DNA from: Peribolospora baueri
Lineage: Eukaryota
Assembly: GCA_029717555.1 (NCBI GenBank)
Contig: JAMDHS010000049.1
Coordinates: 1 to 64,000, forward strand
Reading direction: 5' to 3'
DNA: 64,000 nucleotides
Positions 34,046 to 47,700 of this stretch are shown one piece after another. The notes beneath the pieces were generated by a model that saw only the letters and a list, made by a program, of their open reading frames with translations, searched no databases and had not been told where the DNA came from. How positions within the stretch are numbered: the first letter of the stretch is position 1; the number at the start of each line of letters is the position of its first letter. The position numbers and the translations under genes were made by a program.

Positions 34046-35237
34046 GTTGTTCTCTCCAACGCGAACGTCAGGTGCTCACGAGCGCCTCACGACACCCACC
34101 TTCCTCTGGCTTCCCCAACACGGCGAGACGGGCGGGAATAGGAAAGGGGATCGCCGACCTGTATAGAGGTGCGACGCTGTGACGTCGTGGAAGAGACGAC
34201 GTGAAAGTGGGCAAAGACAAGGTGGAATAGAATGCGTCCAGCGCCTTGAAGGTGAGGTCGGAGAGGACAGTGTGGGGACGTGAAAAGACGATAAAAGCGT
34301 CGCCACGGAGATGAACGGGAGAAAAAGGCTCGACCAGGAGCTGTGGGTGAGAAATGGGCGATGGAAGGGGAAAAGAAAAGGGTCGAACGACCTGAAGCGA
34401 GAGCTTGTGAAGTTTGACGTGGTGGGTGAAGGGGGCAGGAGAGAAATGTGCAGGACTAGGAGGGTGGAGCGAGGATATGAGAAGATGGGGCGGGGGAGAG
34501 TGGAAACGAAAGCAGACGTTAGCCAGGACGTACGGCGACTTCCAGTGACCGTTCGTCTGCGGTCCACCTCCGCCGACGCGAGCAGCCGAGGAGGGACGGC
34601 GCCTAGCGTCCAAGTTGGCGAAGCGGAAGGGGAGGGGAGGCAGAAAGGGCTGGCGTCGAAAGTGGGATCGTCATACGCCAAACAGTGTTTACGCACTGGC
34701 GAAAAGTGGCACGACGCCGTGGAGTGCCGATGTGACGAAAGCCGGCGACGGCGTATGCGCCTTCCATTACGAGACGGAGACCTTCCTTCGAGACGCCCGC
34801 CACAGCGAACATGCGTTTTGAGCACTCACCGGTGATCAGATAGGATTATAAACGTCGGGAGGGTATGCGGATCCAGTGGCACGGCAGGCACTGCAAGGAA
34901 GAGTAGCGAGGAGTACTAGCATATGGAGGAGGAAGCGTCAATGGTGGTCGTGTGGACGGTCGTCGCGAACGGAGAGCGCAGCGAGCACGGCGAAGAGGTG
35001 TAAGCGCACTTAGATCACTTCCATGAGAAGGTCCCTCGAGTGGCCAGCGTGGACGGAGCGGATATGCAGAGTGAGCGATTTGCTTCCCGCTGTGTTCGCT
35101 GCGCGAGTCGTCTGGTGGGGCGCTGCGTCCGCGACCGGTGGAGGAGGGGGGTGTCGAGCAGGCGGGCGGCGGCGTCAAAAGGCAAGGTCACGCAAGGTCG
35201 AGGGAAAGAAAAGTCTCCGTCCGTCCGTTCGTCCGGC

Positions 35238-35305
35238 GGGCGTTGGGCGTTGGGCGTTGGGCGTTGGGCGTTGGGCGTTGGGCGTTGGGCGTTGGGCGTT
35301 GGGCG
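35238..35305 (+). repeat. (GGGCGTT)9 perfect heptamer array
   Basis: Nine exact units plus GGGCG, in the intergenic region. Confidence 0.95.
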
Positions 35306-35330
35306 GGCGAGCGAGAAGTGCATAGGCACT

Positions 35331-35368
35331 GCCCTCTAGTAAGCCCTCGAGTACGCCCTCGAGTACGC
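35331..35368 (+). repeat. 12-bp tandem repeat GCCCTC(T/G)AGTA(A/C), 3 copies
   Basis: gccctctagtaa gccctcgagtac gccctcgagtac gc. Confidence 0.8.
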
Positions 35369-37175
35369 ATGTCGGGAAGAACAAGAGTTGCCCTGGAGGC
35401 TCTCGAGCAAGGAAACTAAGTCACTGCAAGTACTGCACCCGAATGTACACCGCATTGCACGCCGTCCGTCTTGCCGTCAACGGCGAAAGAACGGGAGGAG
35501 GGCGCGGACGAGAAAGTAGGACGACGGGGACGGACGAGAAAGAAGGAAGGATGACGGCCGACGTCGGCGGCGACGCCCTCGGAACCAGACCAGCGGGGGC
35601 GTACAAGCCGGCCCGGAGTTGCCGCAGCATGATCAATGTGCCATATCCGTGCAAATCCGAATATCCGCGATGGCACTTGCTGCCCCAGCTACTGGATAGG
35701 ATTCCTAGCTATCGCCGACGACGAGGAATACAACATGTCGTTCGTTGGCCGCGAATCGACGTCGTCTCGCTCCGCTTTGCCCCGCTGATCTCGTTGCAGC
35801 TTTTGGATACTTTAATCTCGGCCGCTCACGCGTGGATCTCGCTTGGATCGCTGGAGGGGGGCATGCGCCACACCTATGCTCAGCACGCCGGTGGGTGGGT
35901 CAGTGCAGCGGCCTGTGCATCTCGTTGACACGCTTCCGTCATCTGCATCCGACGAAGCTACAACTTGAACTCGACGCGGGTTCATGGTCACTGGGTCCCC
36001 AAACTCTTTGGCCCAGAGGAGACGCGAGGCAGCCGAGGCCGTTCGCGAGACAACTCTACCGCGGCGCGCAGACTGCTTGCTTTTAGGCTCGGCCCTTCAT
36101 CCCCCTTTTCTTGCTCGTCCGGAGACGTGGGGCGCTTGATGATGCCGGACGGTCTCGTCTCTCTATTCCTATCACCCAAGACGCTCGCCTCATTTTGTTG
36201 GGTGCTTCTGTTTCTTGAAAACTGGGCAGGTCTCTTCTAAGGCGAGCACGGCGAGCGTTCCGACGGAAGGGCTGGTCTTGCAAGGGAGGTCCAGAGTCGT
36301 CCCAGTAAGCATGGAGCGCAGTGCCGAGGCTCCCCACTGTCACGGCGCGACTGGAGTGCATGTCGTTCGTTGTTCCTGGCACCCGTTTCATATGGGAACG
36401 TCGAGTGACGGAAGAGGGCGAGCGATTAGAGTAGATCTGAAGCTCGTCGTCGCCCACACGCCGCTCGACGGTTGTATACGGACGGTGCGCGGGGGTCGGC
36501 CTCGGCCAAGGCCACGTCGTTCGTTGGTGTGCCACGATCTGGCGTGTTGCGTGTTGTGTCAATGTTGGTCCAGACGTCGATCCGGTTTGATCATGAGCAT
36601 AGAGCGAGGATCATAATGAGTCCAGCTATCCGGCGTCGTCACCACGGATGAGCGGCGAAAACGGCGCCCCGTACGCTGACGATATCGCCGTCGGCTGGTC
36701 AGCACCTCCAATCCTGTACTCTTTCGCACTCCTTTCACTCCCCCTCTCTCTCTTTCTCTTTGTGCGCCCGCCAATTCGGCGGCGATCTCGACGGTGTTCG
36801 CCGAGTCGTGCCTTGATCGGACGCCGCTCGCCGAGACAAGCATAGCCCGCCCTACTCTCCTCTCCGCTCTCCACGTGTAGTGTTGTCCTCGCTCAGCACC
36901 GCCTCGCCGTCTGCCAGATACACAATGCTCACACCTCGCCACCGGAGTCCCCGGCGCTCGCTCGGGTCCTCACTTGGCCCCTGCTCACTACTGAACCCGC
37001 TCCACTTCATCACAGCTCGCTCACTGCCCATCTCGCCTTGCGTGCCGAAGCGCACAGACAACCTGACTCTCGCCGCCACCGCCACCGCCACCGTTCCTGG
37101 CCATTCATTGCTTGCGTTGCATCGCCATGGAGCGAGCGCGAAGCGAGGCGAGGCGACTTGAGCCCGGGAGCTGGC

Positions 37176-37183
37176 TATATAAA
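37176..37183 (+). promoter_or_regulatory. TATA box of the small secreted protein gene
   Basis: TATATAAA about 140 nt upstream of ATG 37318, followed by a CT-rich leader. Confidence 0.65.
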
Positions 37184-37317
37184 TCCAACTCGACTGACCC
37201 TTTCCTCGCTCACTCTCTCATCCTCATCGCTCTCTCTTCATCTCCTCTCCTCTTCTTCTCTCCTTCGCCCACGTCTTCGACCGCTCAGCCTCGTGCCACA
37301 TCCCCACATCCCTTACC

Positions 37318-38103
37318 ATGCGCGCCTTCCTCTCGCTCTCCGTCCTCGCCGCCATCCCGGCCCTCGTCAGCGCCATGCCCGCCGACGTCGTCCCCCGCCA
37401 GACCACCCAGTGCTCGGGAAGCGAGGGCACTCTCTGCAAGCCCCAGGTGAACACCACGCTCAGTGAGGCCGGCAATTTCGAGTTCTCCTACAGGTAAGCC
37501 GGCAAGCACCACGTCTGTCCTGCTGCTCCGATTTCACTGGCTCGCGCAACGCTCATCCCTTCGCCCGCTTCCCGTCCTCCACCCCACAGGGGCCTCGATG
37601 GTCTCAGCGCCGGCACGGTCAGGCTCAACGTCTCGCTCGTGAACCAACAGGGGAAGACGGTCTACGACTTTGTGAGCTCGACGGATGGATCAACGAACAT
37701 CCTTTCCTCCTTTCCTAGCCCTTTCAATTTCACCCAGATCACCCATCCCCGCTCTTCGTATCTCTTCTTTCGCGTTCAAAGGGCACGGTGTACCCCAACG
37801 CCCAAGGCGCCGCCGAGTTCGATCAGTTGCTCTACATCTACTGCACCCCGGGCCTCGAGGTCGGCCCATACAACCTCACCGTCGTGGACGGCATCGTCGC
37901 CGGCGTCAAGTCGACGCCCTCGACCAAGTGAGAGTCCATCGAACGGCGCACCACCGCCCATGCGTCTGTCTGTTCACCGGTTTCTTTTCCTTCCTTCTTT
38001 TCCTTCCCCGTCTCCCTTCCCTTCCCGCCTCGCCCCGTCTCCTTTCTCCCATAGGACCTCTACTTATGGCCCCTTCAACCTCGAGCTCAACCAGAACTGC
38101 TGA
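37318..38103 (+). CDS. Small secreted protein, 150 aa, 4 Cys (exons 37318-37493, 37590-37671, 37782-37927, 38055-38103)
   Basis: Three GT-AG introns give a continuous frame MRAFLSLSVLAAIPALVSA-MPADVVPR-QTTQCSGSEGTLC...YIYCTPG...GPFNLELNQNC*. Signal peptide and strong C/G third-position bias. Confidence 0.85.
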
Positions 38104-38543
38104 AGCGCTTTAAAACCCGCTCTTCTTCTCCTTCACCCTTTCGCCTTCCTCGATTCCCGCACGCATTGGACAATTTAACGCAACCGGACACTCATTTCCC
38201 CTTGTACCGATTTTATTCCTCGTTCCAAATGTAATCAGCACCGCCTTCCCTTGCGCCAAGGTCGTCTCCTCTGTCTGTCTGTCTTTGTGCACGATCTGGA
38301 CTGGACGCGCGGGGGGCATGGGTAGCCCATGTGATGTCGGTTGCACGTATCGTATCGTCTTGGAATCGACCCTAGCTAATCTACCCGCCGCACCTCGCCT
38401 TACTTTACGGCGACGACCTGACGCTGTAAGTCGCCGAAAGTCTGGCCGCGCCTTGAAGCCCAGGTTTTAACTAGCCTAACGAGATATCCAGGGTTGAATG
38501 GGCAATGGACGGTCTACAGATCCCCTCCCTCCCTCCCCTCTAC

Positions 38544-40225
38544 CTAATTCCCTTCTTCCGCGCTGAACTGACGCAACCGGACGCCCGCCTCGCGAAACAC
38601 ATTGGCAGAGGCACTGTCCATCTTGTATCCCAGACTGAACACCACCTCGCGCACGCCCGTTTGCACAATCTTGACCGAGCAGGTGAGGCAGGGGCACCTG
38701 TACACGAGACGTGAGTCGCAGGGCGATAAGATCCGATCGATCGCGTAAGCGATTTCGCACGACAGAGAAATAAACGGGAAAAAAAAAAAGGAGTCCGAGT
38801 CGGGCAAGGAGGAAGCCAAAGGCGGGGTGAGTCCCACTCACGTGTTGCAATACAGCACGCTCCCCTCCCCTCCCACCCTCTCCCTCCCCGCCTCGAGCAA
38901 CGCGTTCTCCTCGGCGTGCAGACAGAGGCATTCGTCCAAATTCTGTCCCGCCGCCTGCCTCACTGCCCTTCCTGGGCCCGCCGCGTCCTTCCCGGCGCTG
39001 ATGAGAGAAGCGCCTTGGCCATCCGACTCGATATCCTCCTTCCTCGTGCGGTTACATCTCGGACAGCCCCCCTCGTTGCAGTTCGTCAACCCGCGTGGAG
39101 TACCGTTGTACCCCGTACTGATTACTCGGTAGTTCCTCACCAACACGGCTCCCACCCGCCTCTTCATGCAGTTGGAACGCAAAGAGGCAAGCGAGGCCAG
39201 CCTCATGAAGTACTGGTCCCAGGTCGGACGGAGGCGGTGTCGAGAGGGGAGGGAGAGTTGGGAGAGGTGGGCGAGGAAGGAAGGTAAAGTGAGGAACGAA
39301 TTGGAGATCCGGAGGTTGGCGAGCGACAGAAGTGGAGAAAGCGCTTCGGGGCTTCCAGATGGCGGCGAGCGTATGCGGAGCGGGGCGGGCGAATGAGGGT
39401 TGGGTGGCGTGGCAGAGCCGGTGCCTGTGGAGGAGGGATAGCAGGCACCTTTCGTGGTAGAAGCGGAGAGTTTTCTCGCTTCGCCGCCTACAGTCCCGTT
39501 CTCGCTTGTCAGCAGAGTCATATCCGACAAAGATGATGGAGCATCGTCGGTAACCCGAATACCGTCGAGTCGGTTAATCAGCGACTCGGCCATGCCATTG
39601 GCAGGGTCGTCCTCTGAAAAGCGCGAGTGAGCGCTCAGGCCATGCTGGTTCCCAAACGACGGAGATAAAGACGTCGGGGCTCTAAATGTCGTTTCTGGCG
39701 CAAGTGAGTCGTACCCGTACAGGATGGAGTCGTTAGTCGAGATGAAGGTTTCCAGCGTCGGCGCCGGTCGGTCGAGGGCTTTGCACCTTCGAAAACGACA
39801 AGAGAAGTGACGGTTAGATGCCAAGTAAAGACAGCTTCTTCAGCGCCGTCCAATATCCCTCGCGCTAACTCCCCACAAACTTACCTCGCCACTTCTCTTC
39901 TCCAACGCAAGCCCACTGGCGCGTCGACACAGACGAGCAGGAAGAAAGGACGTTTGACGAACCCGTCAACGTCACGCTTTGTCCTTAGATCGCGTGTGAC
40001 GTAGTCATTTTGCCAGTTGCGAGTGGAAAACTCGAGGAGCTCATCTGGCGTGGAAAACACCAGGGGGGAAGGCGCCAGGGGCGACGAAGAGGAAGGGAAG
40101 GACGTGGAGCCGCCATGCGACGAAGATGAGGTCACGCTGACGGGTTGGAAGGCATGCTCCGCCGCAAGGTATGAGGCGACAGTGTGCTTCCCCGCAGATG
40201 GAGGACCAACCAAAGCGATCAACAT
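38544..40225 (-). CDS. DCD1: dCMP deaminase with N-terminal P-loop domain (3 exons)
   Basis: RPTWDQYFM, RSNCMKRRVGAV, TGYNGTPRG, CLHAEENALLE, CPCLTCSVKIVQ; N-terminal LIALVGPPSAGKHTV. Confidence 0.95.
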
Positions 40226-40458
40226 GGCGTCCGCGGCCCCGTCAGCGGTCCTTTGGGAAATACGAGATGAAGAAAGACAAAATGAGAAGTGACGCGCGTC
40301 AACCACTTTACGCGACGGAGAAGATCGAATCACGTGACTCTCGACATGTTCTCCGCCAGCGATCACTTGCAAGGGAACGGCCGTCATTCGGGACTACGAC
40401 GACGACGACGACAGTGTTTTCTTAGGCGACGAGTTTCGCACCCTCAACAACGGCGGCG

Positions 40459-43400
40459 ATGACGGAACAAGAGCGAACACCCGAGGAGGAATGGCTCGAC
40501 ACGCCCGATTCCGATCTCACACCAGCCCTCGCTCGTTCTCTCCTTGAGTCCATCCCCGACGACCTCTGGGCCGTAGCTGCCTGCGCAGATCGCCTGCTCG
40601 ATGACATACCCACTCAACATGTCATTCTGGACGTCGGTATCAAACGAAGCGAGAGGCTCCTGGGCCGCGTCAAGGAGGACATGCTTGTTGCGGTGCCGGC
40701 CGCTTTCGATGAGCAAGGACAGGGGATTAGGCCGGGATTGGATCAGGACGAAGCGCAGCGGGAGAACGTCTTGGCCAGCTTGAGCTCTTACTTTGCGACC
40801 AACGAGAGGGCCCGTGACGTCTGCTCGCTCAGGGCGGAGCTGTTGTCCCGGAGACATCTGCTGGGTACTTTTGGGACGATCTTTCGTCTTGAGGGCTACG
40901 CGGAGCCGAGGGCAGCGGAGGAAGGCGACGACCCGTGGGCAGAGACGGACCTTATTTCCGATCCTAGTCAGTCCACCAGCTCTCCAACCTCGTCCTCACA
41001 ACCCCACTTTTCAGCTTTCTTTTTCGTCCCGTGTCTTCAGCACGCCCTCTCCTTCGCCATGTCAGCCAACTTCGCAGCACTTGAAAAGATCTGTGCACGA
41101 CATCGTGACGAGATCTACCCCCATCGTTTTGATGTCCTGGACAGCATACCCGCCCACGCACATCCTGTCGACTTTGGGGCGCTCTTACTTCGAGTAAATG
41201 AGTCTACTAACGCGGAGGAGAGGACATGGCCGCATGACGTAGATGACATCCAAGAGGAACGAGAATGGACGCTGGACAATGTGGTACGACAAGCTCTCGC
41301 GCTTTCCGAGGGGGATGACCCTGCTTCTCTCCCAACGCCTGCGACGACGGCCGCCTCGCTCGGATTGAACCCGCCAATCGTTGTTTCGGCGTCCGTTCCA
41401 GTCGTCAGTGATTGGTATATCGCACGCATCCGACGACTCGACGCACTTGGCCTCACGGACACGGCTTTGGCCCTCGTCCAACACGGAGCATCTCACGATG
41501 TTCCTGGTCTTGACGCATTGGGCGAGGAGCTGAGTTTATTATCGCGCATGGTGTACGATGCGGCAGGGGCGAGTGCGCTGATGAGTGGAGACGAAGACAC
41601 AGAAGCGGCGGCACTGGCTCGATACACGCTATCTCAATGGAGGGCCATGCAGCCAGACGAGGTGGTCCGGGCGTATTTGCGATCTTCCCAGCCGGCCACC
41701 ATAGCCGGAGATCTGCGACGACTCGTTTTACCCTACCTCTACGTCCTCGAGGCACACTACGAGCGCGAAGGCCGTCCGGACACGTCATTGGTCTCCCGGT
41801 ATCTGCGCTCCTTCATCCTCGACGCATCCAATTCCTACGCCAACGGTCTCCGCTTAGTCGCTTCCGTCTTCGAAGCGAGCAAACCGACGTCCAGCGTTTC
41901 ACAACGGCTCGTCAAAGATGATGCCGATCTCGCGAGGCTCGCATTGTCGGTGCTGTACGGCAGCGAGAGTACGGACGGATGGGAGACGATGAGCAGGATT
42001 TTCGAGTGCCTTCCCGCCTTTGATGGAGTTACTACTGACCCCGCAACCGCATCTCGTCTTGCTGCCGAGATGGCCGCCCTCCTCACCCCAACTTCCCTCC
42101 GTCCGTCTGCCTCCCCCGCGGAGCTCTTCGAAAAGGTCCTTTCAGCGGCCTCCCTCCCTGCCCTGTCAGCGCTCCTAGACGCCCTGGACATGCACCTCGA
42201 ATCCGGAGAGATTCTCTCACGATGGCATGTACCGGCCCCGCTGCGAGTTTTTCTGCAGTCTGCTCAGGACGTTCAGCGGCAGCGGAGCTGGGCCACGAGG
42301 ATGGCGAGGAGGGGTGTTGGGCGAGGAGATGGTGATGGGGTCGTCGGTTTTGGAGGACCGAGGATGGAGAGCGAGGACGAGTGGATTTCGTTGTTGGCGG
42401 ACATGCTCCGGCTTCGCGGTGGTGAGGACGGTGTCGGACAGGGGGCCTTGCCCGGTCCATTCGGGCTCTTGGAGGAGGTGGAGGTGAAGAAAATATTCTT
42501 TGGTGGGCTCCTTACAGCGGGCAGTGAGTTTGGCCTACGTCCTCTTCGTTTGGGTTTTCTTCTTCCCTGTATTTCTCGTGTGGCTGACTTGCTTTTCTCG
42601 TGGCGGTTCGCACTGCCCAGAGCTCGACCTCGCCCGCTCGCTGCTTCTACCATCCAGCGGCTCGATGCCGCTCAGCGCGGAGGACACGGAGGAGCTCGTG
42701 ATCGCCGCAAGCCGGGAGTTGTACGACAATGCGGCGTCTGGCAATTTGCATCGTGGAGACATGAAGCTAGCTTACGAGTGGTGAGAGCGGGTCTTCGTTT
42801 CGCTTGTCTGAAATATATTTTTGTACCGTGCATCCGCTAACTCTGCTTTTCTTCGTTCGTACATAGTCTGACTGTGGCCCCTCCCACGCCGTCGCTCCGT
42901 CGCGAGCGGGAATTTATCGAAGCAACCTCGCGCCTGTGCTCCTTCCGGCTCTACTCGCGACCGGGGATCCCCATCTCGCCGATCGAGATCCGTCTCTCAA
43001 AGGACAAGCTTTCTTTGATCGCGCGGCTACTCAGCAGCAACGAAGACGCCTATCGCCATCCAGACGTCATCCTCGACCTCGTCAACAGGCTTGGTTTCAG
43101 AGGCGACAAGGATGCCGAGGGCAAGACGCTGGCCATGCTTGCCGATGCGGCGATGCAGGTCGGAGATCACGCCAAGGCAGCGGAGACGTGCGAGAGGCTT
43201 GTTAAGGTCGCATTTGCGCTTCGCAAGCGGCCGTCGTCCACTCGGCCTATGATGGAGGCGGGACGAACAAAGGACCGCCACGATCGAGCCTCCTCCAGCG
43301 CCTCTGTTTCATCGAGGGAAAGGGATCGCCTTCCCGCAGCGACATCGACGACAGACGCGAAGGAAGTGGCTTGGCGAACGTGCTACCAGCTCTCCAAACA

Positions 43401-43989
43401 GCCGGACTTTGAGGACCTGGACGCAAAGCTGATGCTGATGGGTAGCGTGCTCTCGCTTTGTCCGACCGAGCAGCTGGCGGACTTGTTGGGGTACTGGCGC
43501 GAAGTAAATGCGGAGAGGGAAAGACGCGACGGCGGAGGACAGGAGGAGGGTGACGGTGGGCGACGGCGGACAGGAGGGAAGAAGGAGATCCGAGATCTCT
43601 TCGGCGAGGGGCCCGCTTCCGAGCGCTCCCAGATGTCATCCTTCTCGTCGTCGCCGTGGCTCAAGCCAGGTCAACTCCCGTCTCTGCGCGACACGTCGAC
43701 TGGCGCCTTCGCCCATCTGTCCCGCGCGGCCCAACTGTTCGATTATGCCGGCAATACCACCACCGATACTGCTTTCCGTGCCGCCCGATCGCTCAATCGC
43801 GCTACCGCCGGGTTCACCTTGCTCGGAGCGCCGGCGGCGGAAGGAGCTGGTGGGGGTGATGGCAGTGGACGAGGGTATGAAGGAGGCCGTGAGATGGGAG
43901 CGGGGGGAGATAGATCGGCAAGTCCCCTGCCTGGGGGATTGGGCGGAGCGTTCACGAGCTGGCTGATCGGAGACGGAAAGGACCGATGA
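40459..43989 (+). CDS. SEC39: Sec39 / NBAS-like subunit of the Dsl1 tethering complex (3 exons)
   Basis: ALALVQHGAS, GEELSLLSRMVYD, LRRLVLPYLYVLE, MSRIFECLP, HLESGEILSRW, SRELYDNAASGNLHRGDMKLAYEC, EREFIEATSRLCSF, PIEIRL. Confidence 0.85.
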
Positions 43990-44712
43990 GAGCGGGGCGC
44001 GACAGACGGGCCTGCACCGCCGCAACCGCTGAAGCCTGTCCATGACGAACGGGTTGATGTGCCGAGCGCATCCGTCTTCCGTCCCGCCTCTCGTCTGGCA
44101 GCGAATCATATAGCCATTCGAAACAACACGAGATCCACGAGGTCTGGCTTTCGTCCGTTCCGCGTCGTTTCGATGATTTCGTCTCAAGTCGTGCGTACAA
44201 AGACGAGAGACATTAAAGGCGTGAAAAGGGGGCAAATTCCTTCCCCCTCGAAAAATCGAGCGAAGGCGAAGGTGGAATGTGGCGAAGCCCAGCCGTCTTA
44301 CCCTAATGACGATCCAATCCCAAGTGGTCAAGGTGTGGCGCGAGGTAGCGTTGAAGGAGAAGCACAGGAGAAGCACGGGAAGGCGAGGCGAGCAAACCAG
44401 GGAAAGAAAGCGAGGTAGACGACGGCCGACCGAGCCGTACAAGTGGCGAGGGACGAAGCGACGATAGAGGGCAAAGAGGCAAGAGAGGGTATGACGAGAG
44501 AGGGGAACGAAAGAACAGCTCGAATCGTCGTTGACACCGACAAAATCCAGTCTCGGTCGCGAGAGAGCGTACGAAAGGCTCGGTAGGGGGGCGGCGGGCG
44601 GCGACACGGTCGTACGTCGCATCGCGTCGTGCTGCTTTGTCGACCGAGCGACGTACAACGGCCATAACCACTCTCCGCCTGCCTTCCCCGCTCGCTCGCG
44701 TCCAACAGCCAC

Positions 44713-47700
44713 TCAGGCCCAGGTGTCCGGGCCGAATCCGGAAGCGGGGGCCGTCTTGAGCGGCAAATACTGGGCATCCGCGGTGTTTTGGTACACTGTG
44801 TTGCCCCACCAAGCGGAAATCGTATTCTGACCGATCTTGCCGGCCTTGGGGTAGAAAAGGCAGAAAAAGATAACGATGGAGCTGACCGCCGTTCCGGCGT
44901 CCATGCCCGCCGAGGTGAGGTAGTTGTACTTGCTCCACCCTGTAATGGGGAAGAAGGAAAAAGACCAAGGGAAGTGAAGGGAAGACGGAATGAGATTAGT
45001 GACGAAGGGGCGACGGCAGTGCCAAAGACGCAGAATATGAAGGTAGACAAAACAAAAAAAAAGGCCATGGCAAACGACGGCAGGACGGGACAAGAGAGGC
45101 CGTCGAACCGCCGAGGTAAGGAGGGAATACGCACACTTGAACCTGTACCGACGGAGCCAGTACTGGAAGATGAAGCCGACGATGCCCCAGGAGGAGAAGT
45201 TGATGCCCGTCGCAGGGGGCATGAGGCCGGTGCCGGTCATGATGAGTGGAATGTTGACCTGAAAGAAGGAGAACGACAATGAGTATAAGGGAAATAAAAA
45301 AGAAAGTCCAATTAAAGATCAGCGGTCGGTCGGCCCCGTCCAGAGGCGTGATGGAGGAATTGAGGAGAACCGTCGCTCACGTATTTGAACCAGCGGGTGG
45401 GGTAACGCTTGGCGAGGAAGTAGAAAGGGACGGGGAGGGCGGCACCGATGAGGAACCTGGGGGTGAAGGTGGCCCGTGGGGAAGGAACGACCGTGAGCGA
45501 CCGGTCCGCCACCCGCCGCGCCCATCCGCGATGCCCATCTCGTCGCGACCGACTCACCACCACAGGAGGGCGTTGTAAATCTTGCCGGGGGAGTACGTGC
45601 GCGCGGGCCCGATCAGGCCCCATACGACGCTGGCAGTGCCGAATACGTGGGTGTTAGGGCAAGTGAAATCGTCCGACTGGGACTTGGTGCAGATGCCTTC
45701 GATGTTGCCGAACATCCAGTCCTGCACGCCCACGACGACGATGGCTCCCAGGACCGTGGCCGTCGTCTGGGCCCAGAAGAGGTCGCGTGGGGGTACCTTC
45801 ATGTAGTGACCGAGTTTGAGGTCGGAGATGAAGGAGAGCGCTTGGGTCATGGTGATATAGCCGAAGGTCTTGAAGATCATCATGGCCACCGGGCGGCCGG
45901 GGAGGGCGAACCCGATGATAAACTCTGTGATCACGTTCAGGCCGACCTGTTGGTTCGTGATGGCTTGAATGAGACCGATGGGAACGACGTAGATGACTGG
46001 GAGGCGGTCGCGCGGCAACGAAGACGAACGCAGGTCAGAGGGAGGCACGAGAAGGAAAAAAGACGAAGAAACGACACGATGGTCCAAAGCGACCTGGGGA
46101 CGCTTACTTGAGATGATCAAAGCCAGAATGAAAGCCCAGACGGGTAACTCGGTGGGCCAGACCTCGATGGTAACGATGGAGAGGGCGAAGGAGATGAGGA
46201 AAATGATTCCGAACCACCAGTCAGGGGCCTCCTTGTAAACGCTCATGAGTTTAGCATGGACGTCCGGTTCATCGGAGAGAGAGGACTTGAACTGGCGTAC
46301 GATGTCGTGGCGGTAGAAGAGGTAGGTGTGGACGAGCGTGGAGGTGATGGCGGCGAAGGAGAGGCCGTAGGACAGGGCGAAGGTCATGGGCAGGTAGAGC
46401 GGCGAGTAGGCGTGATAGGCGGCCTCATCAATCGTTCCCTGGGGAGTGGTGACCATGGAGACGTTGTACGTCTGACCGAAGCCTACGAAAGCGGGCACGA
46501 CGACGACAGACATGTGGTGTCATAGAGGGTCAGAATCAGTCGATGGAAGGTGAAGATATCGATAATCCTTGCGGCACGCTTACGATCATATCCCTGGTTG
46601 TCCGATATGGGCAGATACTGGGCGTTCCAGACGTTGGTGTAGTAGAGAATAGGGCAGACGAACCAAAACATGAACATGAAGCCTGCGAGGACGCTGTAAG
46701 AGAGGGGAGTTGGAAATCAAGCGACGGCGGAATATTCAGAGTAAGCGATCGTTGACGTTGGGGAAGAAGCGAAGAATAGACGCCGGGGGACCTTTCATTC
46801 CGTCCACTCACTTGGCTTCGGCCCACCAGGGCGTGACGAGGGGCGAGCCGATGTAAGCGATCTGGTTCCAATCGAATGTAAACTGTGAGGAGGGGGGAGG
46901 GCGGGAAGGCGTCAGCATCTAAAAGTAGACAAGATAGAACAGAAATCCGCTCGGGCCCACCGGGCTGGGAGACTCACGATGCCCATGCCCAATCCGCTAG
47001 AGACGCCAAAGAGCTGGTTGACGCGGATGCTGTTGGGTCTGATCCAGCACACCCAACTGAAGGCGGAAAGTGCGGTGAAAAGGTAGCCGGGGAGCCAATA
47101 CCAGAAGAAGGCGCCGAGGAAAGCGAAGAGGAAGAAGCGCTCTCTCGTTATCCCTCCGTCCTCATTGCCGCGCGTGCTGTGAAGCGTGTTGAGGAGAGCC
47201 GTGTAGACCAGGTTGCGCGGCCAAATCATGGCGGCGGGCCAGACGAGGTAGCGACGGGAGAAGCCGGCGAGGGAGAAGCCGATGACCTGGGTGGTGAGCA
47301 CAAGGAGGATCTGGTAACCTGCGCCCCAGTTCTGCTTGTAGAAGACGCGCTGGGCAGCAATGATGTCAGTGGCGTAGGCGCCGCCGTAAACGACGTTGGC
47401 GCAGACGACGATGATGGTGTGCTCCTTGATGTTGAAGGGGCCCGGGTTGAGGAAGCGGCCGATGGCGCCGCGAGATGGTAGAGCCCAGTGCATGAAGCGT
47501 CCGGCAGGGAAGGCGAGGAGCTGGGCAACAAGCGGAGTGATCTGGACGGTGGGGTAGCGCATGGCGAAGAACTGGTTGAGGGCGGAGGTGATGATGGTGA
47601 AGATCATGGCGAGGAACCACATTCTGAACGTGTTGGTCGGCATCGAAGGGTCGTCCGTGTTGGACACGGCGGCCCGGACCTGGAACGGCAGAAGGGGAGG

